Positions 55,670 to 64,000 of a stretch of 64,000 bases of DNA are shown here, piece by piece. The translations under genes and the position numbers were made by a program. Each line of letters opens with the position of its first letter. Within the stretch, counting starts at the first letter, position 1. This stretch comes from the human T2T-CHM13v2.0 reference genome, Homo sapiens. The stretch lies in the NCBI RefSeq assembly GCF_009914755.1, contig NC_060929.1. One strand, written 5' to 3'. Under the pieces are notes generated by a model. That model saw only the letters and a program-made list of their open reading frames with translations. It did no database searches and was not told the DNA's origin.

Positions 55670-55854
55670 GTGAGTGAAGCTGAGGGTGGAATCCGAGAGT
55701 GGGAGGAGGAGGAGAAGGAGGAGGAGGCAGCAGAGAGGACGCCCACAGGAGAAAAGTCTCCAAACTCTCCCAGGACTTTGCTGTCTCTGAGAGGGAAGGC
55801 CCGGACGGGGGGCCCCATGGAAGTCAAGCTGGAGCTGCACCCCTTGCAGAACAG
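55670..55854 (+). CDS. EIF4E1B: EIF4E1B coding exon (VSEAEGGIREWEEEEKEEE...LELHPLQNR)
   Basis: Polypyrimidine tract and ctcag acceptor, gtaggc donor; HPL motif of the eIF4E core. Confidence 0.93.
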
Positions 55855-56226
55855 GTAGGCAGGAGCCTGCGAGTGGAACACAGCCCCTTGCTTTCAGGCC
55901 AGCCTCTGTGCTGGCAGCGTGGCCTTGGGCAACCCCGCCTCTCTTGGCCCTAGCTCTTCATCCGTGGGAGGCCAGGGCTGACCTAAGCCTTGGGCCCTGT
56001 TGGCCCTTCCAGCCCTAACCCCGCAGAGACTGTGGGTCAAACACCCCCACTCCTCCCCTGCCCTTCAGGACAACTGATTTCATTCACCTGAGAGGGGAAT
56101 GCTGTGCCCCAAATCTCATCTCCCAGTTCGCCCTTGAAGGGGAGGGTCCTCCCTGTCAGTCCAGGTGCCCCGGGGGTGGACTTGGCTCTCTGCTTCCTCC
56201 TGGCTGCCTCCCCCTTCCCCTACCAG

Positions 56227-56322
56227 GTGGGCTCTGTGGTTCTTCAAGAATGACCGCAGCCGGGCCTGGCAGGACAACCTGCACCTGGTCACCAAGGTGG
56301 ACACTGTGGAGGACTTCTGGGC
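56227..56322 (+). CDS. EIF4E1B: EIF4E1B coding exon (WALWFFKNDRSRAWQDNLHLVTKVDTVEDFWA)
   Basis: Conserved eIF4E tryptophans and TVEDFW. Confidence 0.97.
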
Positions 56323-56963
56323 GTGAGTGTCTGTCCCCAGTGGGGCTAGAGTTGGGGGGCTCTGAGCTCTGGGCTCCCTCTCTCCGGGTTGAGCCAGCCC
56401 TCCCTAGGGCCTTTCAGCCTTTGTGAGGGCTGGGGCTTTGTGGGTTCTGCCCAGGGGGTATAGGGCACAACCACCCCCCACCCCACCACCTTCTTTGGGC
56501 TCAGGGAGAGAGCCTGGGGAGCAGGAGAAGCAGGAAGCTGACCCTGACTCGGCCACTCCAGGGCTTTGTGACCTGGGCAAGTTCCTTCCCCTCTCTGAAC
56601 CTGTCTCAGCTGCAAAGGGAGGACTCGGCTGCCTCAGTGTCCGGGTGCTCACGGGAGTGGCTCTGAAAAGGGCTACACAAGCCCTAGGGAGGGTGAGAAG
56701 GCCTCGGCTGTAGCTGGAGGGGGGAGCACCAGGGGGTCCAAAACCCTCCCCAGGGGTTGGCTCAGCCTTCACTGGGAAGGCTCTGTGGAAAAGGTGGGTC
56801 TTGAGAGTTTGGATAAACGGGAGTGGAATCCCAGGTGGCAGGCCAGTGTAAGCAAAGGCTTGGAGGCCATGGGGTCGGATGAGGAGTTGGGAGGGCTGAA
56901 CCCAGTTGGAACCAGGCCCTAAAAAGCCTTGACTTTTGGCATGGGGTCGGGGGCTCTGTCCAG

Positions 56964-57027
56964 GCTATACAGTCACATCCAGCTGGCCAGCAAGCTCTCC
57001 TCTGGCTGTGACTACGCCCTCTTCAAG
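56964..57027 (+). CDS. EIF4E1B: EIF4E1B coding exon (LYSHIQLASKLSSGCDYALFK)
   Basis: tccag acceptor, gtaagc donor. Confidence 0.96.
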
Positions 57028-57717
57028 GTAAGCTCTGCTCTCCTCTTTCCCTCCCGCAAAGGGACAAGGGGTTGATCCCTCCCGGACTCCACTGCGTTAA
57101 TCCCTCAGAGGGGTGGGGGTGGGGAGCTACGGGCCACCTCTCAGCAGAGTTGTGGTTTCTGACTGGAGGAAATGCTCTACAGGAGCCCGGACAGAGTAGG
57201 TCAGGCCCAAGCCGCACCTTGGAGGACCTTAAGAGGCGGGAAGAGGGAGAGGGAGAGATTTCTGACCTGGCTCCTTAACTAGGGAAGGGCATCAGAATTG
57301 CTTGAGGACACTCATTGATGCCACACCCATCCCTGGAGGGCTGACATTGTGTTTAGAGATCTCCCCAGTGACTTCTGCCCTGCCTGGGAACCATGCAGCC
57401 AAGCCTGGGATGTCCCCCTTGCCTGCATTGGGGTCTGCCCCTGAGGCTTCCTTAATCCACCCCGATTTGAATGCTTGTCTTAAGGAACTCAGTAAAAGAG
57501 ACATGCACATATACAAGGCTATACAAGGTGACCAGTGCTGTCTGTCGGGGGGAGCTGAGTGGCTGGGGGTGGAACCTGCTTGCACTGAGGGAAGGGAGGA
57601 TAAGAGAATCTGGCCTACTTAGGGCCTCAGCAGAGAGCGGATAAGGCCGGGATGGTGGGTGGGTCCCCATTTCCCTTTGAACACAGGGAGGCAGTTGACT
57701 TGCCATCTGCCTTGCAG

Positions 57718-57831
57718 GATGGCATCCAGCCCATGTGGGAGGACAGCAGGAATAAACGGGGTGGCCGCTGGCTGGTCAGCCTGGCCAAGCAGCAGCGCCA
57801 CATTGAGCTGGACCGGCTGTGGCTGGAGACG
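57718..57831 (+). CDS. EIF4E1B: EIF4E1B coding exon (DGIQPMWEDSRNKRGGRWLVSLAKQQRHIELDRLWLET)
   Basis: Cap-binding PMWED motif; ttgcag acceptor, gtgagt donor. Confidence 0.97.
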
Positions 57832-57964
57832 GTGAGTTGGAGGAGGAGGGTCCTCAGGGGAAGAGACGGGCTGTGTGGGTCTCATGGTGGCAGTGGTCTC
57901 AAGGATGGCAGGCCAGTCCCTATGTCCCAGCCGGTGATCTCACAACCCCCTACTTCGGGTCCAG

Positions 57965-58104
57965 CTGCTGTGTCTGATCGGGGAGAGCTTTGAGGAACAC
58001 AGCAGAGAGGTATGTGGGGCCGTCGTCAACATCCGCACCAAGGGGGACAAGATCGCTGTGTGGACGAGGGAGGCGGAAAACCAGGCGGGCGTGCTGCACG
58101 TTGG
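57965..58104 (+). CDS. EIF4E1B: EIF4E1B coding exon (LLCLIGESFEEHSREVCGAVVNIRTKGDKIAVWTREAENQAGVLHVG)
   Basis: tccag acceptor, gtgagg donor, eIF4E core. Confidence 0.96.
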
Positions 58105-58453
58105 GTGAGGAGGGTCTCTGGCACAGGGTGGGGACTTGGGTCTCTGCTAGAGGGAAGGTGGGTGGAGGGGGCTTGGCCTGCATGGGAGACCTCTGAAAGT
58201 CTCCATAGCCTCCCTCCCTTCTGCCTTGCCCACCTGTATGGAAGGTCTGGCGTTCAGATTTCTAACTTTCTCTTACGGCAGTGCAGCTCTCCTTTTGCAT
58301 TAAGGGGGTCATATTTTGGGTTTCCACATGGGTAAGACACAACAGGTGTGGCTGTGGCCAGAATGAGGGTAGGAGTCTGGTGGCCTAAGTTATCTCTAGG
58401 ACCCTCTGATGACTACCTGTGTCTCTTTTCCTCTGTGTCCCCCGCACCTGCAG

Positions 58454-58568
58454 GCGTGTATACAAAGAGCGCCTGGGCCTCTCCCCAAAGACCATCATTG
58501 GGTACCAGGCCCATGCAGACACAGCCACCAAGAGCAACTCCCTAGCCAAGAACAAGTTTGTGGTGTGA
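58454..58568 (+). CDS. EIF4E1B: EIF4E1B last coding exon (RVYKERLGLSPKTIIGYQAHADTATKSNSLAKNKFVV*)
   Basis: ctgcag acceptor, TGA at 58566-58568. Confidence 0.96.
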
Positions 58569-59177
58569 GGGGGGCCTTGGCACCCCTCCTATGTAATGGG
58601 ACAGCCGCCACTGAGCCTCATTACTTTGGGGGATGGGGCGGGACTGGGGATCAGACAGCCTAGTTCTTACCTGTCCTCAAGTGAACAGGAATGCAAACAC
58701 TCTTTAACATGAGTTGGGGCCTGAGCCTTAGGGGCTAGATGGGGGTAGTGGTGGCAGTCTGAGGACCTAGCTTGTCCTGGGGCCACAGGACAGCAGCAGG
58801 GTGGAAAAAACTCCTGAGGGTGGGGTGAGTCATGGCGGGGAAGGAGGGCTCTATGGTAGGCGGAGAAACCCATAGTCCAGCGTTTACTGTTTCCACCCAG
58901 GAAGGAGGTGAGGTGGCCTGAGAGACAGACTCTTCCATGGGTGGTGGGCTCAAGGGCACAGACATTCTGGAGGGTGAACGCCATCATTTGTACAGAGGGA
59001 TACGTGGGTTGCTGAGGACTGAGAGAGCCTTGCAAGGCCGCTCCCCTTCTCCCCAGCTGTGACCAGGGCTGTCTGGGCCTTGCCTGCCTCAGGGCCAGAC
59101 TGAAGTGGAGGTGGAGGGATGCTGGGCTAGGCCTCACCAAGGTTCTGGTAGAAGTGGTGGAAGTGGATAAACTTGAT

Positions 59178-59218
59178 AATAAAAGCTTAAGCATCTTTCT
59201 GTTCCTGTTTTAAATAAA
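59178..59218 (+). terminator. EIF4E1B: Two EIF4E1B poly(A) signals, AATAAA at 59178-59183 and 59213-59218
   Basis: Read directly. Confidence 0.85.
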
Positions 59219-59679
59219 TACTTCTGAACAAAGTTGGAATTATTTTTAAGAGGGCTTCAAACTGGAGTAAGATTCAGGTTCCCCCAAACTTTGATCTGCC
59301 TCTGTCCTGTCTTACAGGGGCTCATGTGAGATCACTGGGTACCAAGGAGCCTGACCGGGACCCTGGCCAGTATGGAGGACAGGGGGTGTGGCTGGGGAAA
59401 CTCAGCCACCAAGGGGGCTTGAGCCAGGTTCCGGGGGGCATATGCCCCTGGCAGGGCGCAGCCGGCGTGGCACCAAGGCCCAGGCCCTCGTTTGGCCTGA
59501 GTTTGAGTCAGGATAAGTAGAGCTGGATTTCCGCTGGGTGAAGGTGAGCCTGATGCGACTCCACAATGACAAAACGTCCTGCACGTGTTAAAAACTCAAT
59601 CCGGACCAGCTTCCCCATTCGCCTGCCAGAGCAGCAGTTAACCTTCCCCTGGGATGGGCTCCAACAGCAGGCTGGGGAT

Positions 59680-60310
59680 TGGGATGGCGCTGGTACCCAG
59701 CAGGGGAAGCAAGGCTTCTACACCCCGGCGGCCTCCGGCGCCATCAGCCGGCGTCCCAGGCGGGTCTGCAGGACGCTGGGAAACGCGGCGGCGGCCTGCG
59801 CGGGGGCGGGGCCTGGCCGAAGGCGGGGCTGCGAGGAGGTCCGAATCAGGCTGTGGGGGCGGAGCTCGGGAAGCGGAGCCAGGTCCAGAGGCGGGGCTCA
59901 GGCGGGACTGAGTTGATCTATGGGGGCGGAGCCAGGTCAGGAGGCGGGACTCCAAAGGGACTGAGGGCTGTGGGGGCGGGGCCCGGTCCAGAGGCGGGGA
60001 CAGCAGGGCTCCGGGCAAGGAGGTCTGGATGCTGAGGGCGGTCCCTGAGGGGCGGGCGGGGCCCGACCGGCGCTCTGTGTGGCCGAGGCCATGAAGCCGC
60101 AGCCGCCCGGCTAGGCCCCGGGCGGCTCTAGCCCAGGGCGGCCCGCGGGGCGCTGGGCCTGGCTCCCGGCTCCGGTTTCCGGGCCGGCGGGTGGCCGCTC
60201 ACCATGCCCGGCAAGCACCAGCATTTCCAGGAACCTGAGGTCGGCTGCTGCGGGAAATACTTCCTGTTTGGCTTCAACATTGTCTTCTGGGTGAGCGCGG
60301 GGTCTGCGCC
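59680..60310 (+). promoter_or_regulatory. TSPAN17: CpG-island promoter of TSPAN17 with a GC-box (Sp/KLF) cluster
   Basis: Roughly ten GGCGGG/GGGCGGAG motifs at 59800-60060. Confidence 0.85.
60204..60290 (+). CDS. TSPAN17: TSPAN17 first coding exon (MPGKHQHFQEPEVGCCGKYFLFGFNIVFW); gene continues beyond the window
   Basis: Kozak ACCATG, TspanC8-type CCxKY.LFGFN..FW into TM1, gtgagc donor. Confidence 0.95.
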
Positions 60311-61913
60311 TTGCCCTGTGCTGGGGGGTGGTGGGAGAGGGAGATTCAGTCTTTTGCTGGGGGAGACCACTCCCTGCCCCAAGAGTTTGGAGCTCGGGAC
60401 CATCCCCCCACTTCTGCCACACCCACGCCCACTTCCAGGACCACCCGAGGTAGCTACAGAGGCCCGGATTGCTGGGGGCGGGTCCTAGCGACAGCGTGGG
60501 GTCGGGGTTGGGGTAGGGAGTCTCCCTAAATAATCCCGAGGCCTGGTGGAGAAAGGGAAGGTGTTTCCTTGAAGACCCCAGGGGCGTGCTAGGTGCAGGT
60601 TGCCCCCTCTCGCCCAGCCCTCCTTCCTACCCTGGGATGTGGGATGCGTGCCAAGCCCCACCCCTGGTTTAGCCGGTAAGGAGATTCTGGCGTGAAGGGA
60701 GCCGCCAGGCCCCTTCCCCGGCCTCCTTTCCCTTCCAGTAGTACCTGGGTCAGGTGCCTCACCTTAGGCTCCTGCAGAGTGGGGTGGGTCACAGTCCTCT
60801 GCCCACCCCAGTCCCGCACAAGGAGGCTGACCTGCCAGGAGGGGCAGGGAGGGACAATGGCGAGTCCTTGGCGGCTGGGAGAGGATCTCCCCGGTTGAGA
60901 GCCTGGGAGCTGGCCTTGGGGAACAGAATTCAACATTCCACAGCTGACAAGCTGAGGCTCCTGGGCGGGTCTGCCCCTACCGGGGAAGGGAGCTACTAGT
61001 GCCCCTCCCAGGGTGGCATCTGTCCCCCTGGGCCCTGCCAGGTCATTTTTCCCATCTCTCCAAAGCCGTGGCCCTCTGCAGTCTCTGCTCCTGAGGCCTT
61101 GGGTCAAGATGCCAGGCCTTTTCCCTTGTGTTCAGCAAGACTCAGTGGCACTGCCCCCCACCCACGTGTCACCGAGCTCACTGGTGTGGTGGGTGTCCTT
61201 GCACTGCAGCGCTAGGCTCTTGAGGGTGTGGGCAGCGTGTGGGAGCACTGGCAAAGAAGTCAGAAGGCCTGGCTGTAGCAGGCCTGGCTGGGACACCTTG
61301 GGCAAGTCATCTCTCCTCTCCGGGCCTCAGCTTGCCTGCCTGGGAGACGACGATAAAGAATCTGCCTGTGAGGGCTGTTAGGCAGATACAATGAGTTCAA
61401 TTTGTTGTATTCTCATAACTGCCTTATTATCTACATTTTACAGATGGGGAAACTGAAGGAATAGACACAGAGAAATTAAGTCACTTACCTAGGGTCACAC
61501 AGCCAGAAAGTACAGAGCCAAGGTGACGGCTTAGTGGGCAGAGGGTGGAGGTGAGGCAGAGCTGTGAGCAGAAGTAACCTCAAATACCGAGGGGGAGCAG
61601 GCGTGAGAGACCCGGGTTTGTTGCTGGGGCGGAGCGTGGGGTGTTATGTTAAGGTGGCATGGAGAAGCGAGGGCTTCCAGTGATGGGTCTGATCTGGCTT
61701 CTGTTCTGGAGACCGCTTGCCTGGCTGCTGTGTGGAGGGTGGATGAGGGGCAGGGCCTGGAGGTTTGGAATGGGGGCAGGGCTGGGGCAAAGCTGGGATG
61801 GTGAGGTGGGAAAGGTGAGGAAGGTTGCTGGGAAAGTCAAGAGGCTGAATTGACTGGGCTGGGTCACTTGGGGGCTGGAGGGAGGATTTCAGATTTGGGT
61901 TAAGGTGGCCTAA

Positions 61914-62408
<495 letters not shown>

Positions 62409-64000
62409 TAGATGTGGTCTTGTGTCAGGGCCTCTGCCTGTGCCCTACCCTCCTCCTGGAACAGGCTTTTCCCTCTTGCTCTTTTCATCATTCAAACCTC
62501 AGCTGAAATGCCCCCACCCTCCCTTCTGCCCTCTCTAAAGCTGGCGTCCAACCCCAGCATCCCCCATCTCGTCGCCCCGCTCGATATTTGTTAAGGGGTC
62601 TGTTTGCATCTGAGGTTTCCTTGTCTGCTCACTGACTGTCCATCTCCCCTGCTGGAGTGTAAGCTCCGTGAGGGTCGAGTCCGTCCTATTCACCAGCGAA
62701 TCCCCGGCATGGCGGCGATCAGTGCCGGTGGGTCGTGGAGGTGTTTGCTGCAGGCGGGTGGACGTAGGGGTGTGGGACCAGCATGAGGTCTGGGTGGGGA
62801 TCGGGAGATGCCAGCGTCATGATGGGATGGAAGACGAGCGTGAGGAGGAAGAACGGCAGAAGGCTGAGGCTGGAGGCCGTGGGACCAGCCACAGGTGGTC
62901 CCTCCAGGAACACAGCCCTCCAGGAACTCCTGCTGGAGGCTGAGAGCTCACTTCCCAGCTGTTTTCCCAAAGTGCTTTAATTGTATTTCCTTGGCTCTGA
63001 TTGGCTGCCTCTGGACCAATCCCCGGGGCAGGTGAAGGCGGAGCATCCTGGGAAGGAGCTCGGGGAGGAATGGGGTTGAGTTAACTGAGGTGGGGTTCAG
63101 GAAGGAGAAAGTGGCACTCAGTCCCCTGTCTGAAGGCCAAGGGCAGGCCAAGTGGGAGGAGGCAGGAGAAGTGATGTTTGGTTTCACATCAGCAGACCCA
63201 GCAGGCAGGAGGGAAGGGAAGATGTTTCCAGAGAAAGAATAGAGCAGTGTGGGGAGCCCACGGTCAGGGAAGGGAAGGTGATAAAGGCCTTGGCCGTGGC
63301 TATGTGCTGAGGGGAAGGAGCCTGCAGATAAAGCAGGTGGGTGGGGAGGTCGCAGGAGGTGGGGTCATGGCCCTGGGCTTGGGTACGACAGCCTTTCCCC
63401 CTCTGAGACTGCACGCCCAGGGACCTGCCCAGGGTCAGGTGTGAGAGTGACCAGCCTGGACATCCAGGGCTCTTCCCAGTAGGGAATTGAGGCAGGAAGG
63501 TGGGAAAGCTGAGGATGGAGGAGAGGCACTTGGACTGCCCCGGTGGGGAGTCTAGCTGGTGTTCTGAAGGCCCAGGCAGAGCTGTGGCCATGGGGCAAAG
63601 CCACTGGCACAGGCCAGATCCTAGGTGGATCCTGCTAGGGATGATTGAGATTCCTGTCATTCAGGGGTGTCTGGTCGTGAGCCGTGGAAGCTGACTCTGG
63701 CAGGCGGAGGTTAAAGGGGTAGGATGGGGCTGGGCTGGGGAGGAGTGTTGAGGGCGGGGCCGCAGTCACACGGCTTTAGGGTAGCAGGAGAGCTGGACTT
63801 GGCAGGGTGCAGAAAGGAGGCTAGGAGCCTGGAACCCCAGCACCAGCTTCGGTCAGGTGTAGAGGCTCAGTATACTGGCGCCGTCGCTACCCCCGCTGAC
63901 ACAGCTGCTATTGCTCCTTGGCAGGAGTGTCTTGGCCACCGTCTGCTCCAATTTGGAGTTCCAGGAAGGGGCCCCTGATGTCCATCCCAAGGCTAGCAGA

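Overview
This is primate, almost certainly human, genomic DNA, recognised from its proteins as the chr5q35 cluster CDHR2 (3' end, +), GPRIN1 (-), SNCB (-), EIF4E1B (+) and TSPAN17 (first exon, +). I traced every coding exon by hand. Phases join into complete proteins for GPRIN1 (1008 aa), beta-synuclein (134 aa) and eIF4E1B (242 aa), plus the C-terminal part of CDHR2. The rest is Alu, L2, MIR, MER and MLT repeats and five CpG islands. I found no prokaryote-type system and no convincing new gene. The most notable observations are: (1) a very homogeneous ~43-copy 53-bp VNTR in a CDHR2 intron; (2) a ~75-copy register-conserved octapeptide repeat making up most of GPRIN1; (3) a GC-AG last intron of CDHR2 with an intronic poly(A) signal that could remove the PDZ-binding tail; (4) an overlapping uORF on the GPRIN1 start; (5) a recursive-splice-type acceptor and a CPE/hexamer overlap in EIF4E1B; (6) a near-perfect REST/RE1 site; (7) several locally templated insertion scars. 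Repeat subfamily names come from pattern recognition only, and repeat boundaries are approximate.
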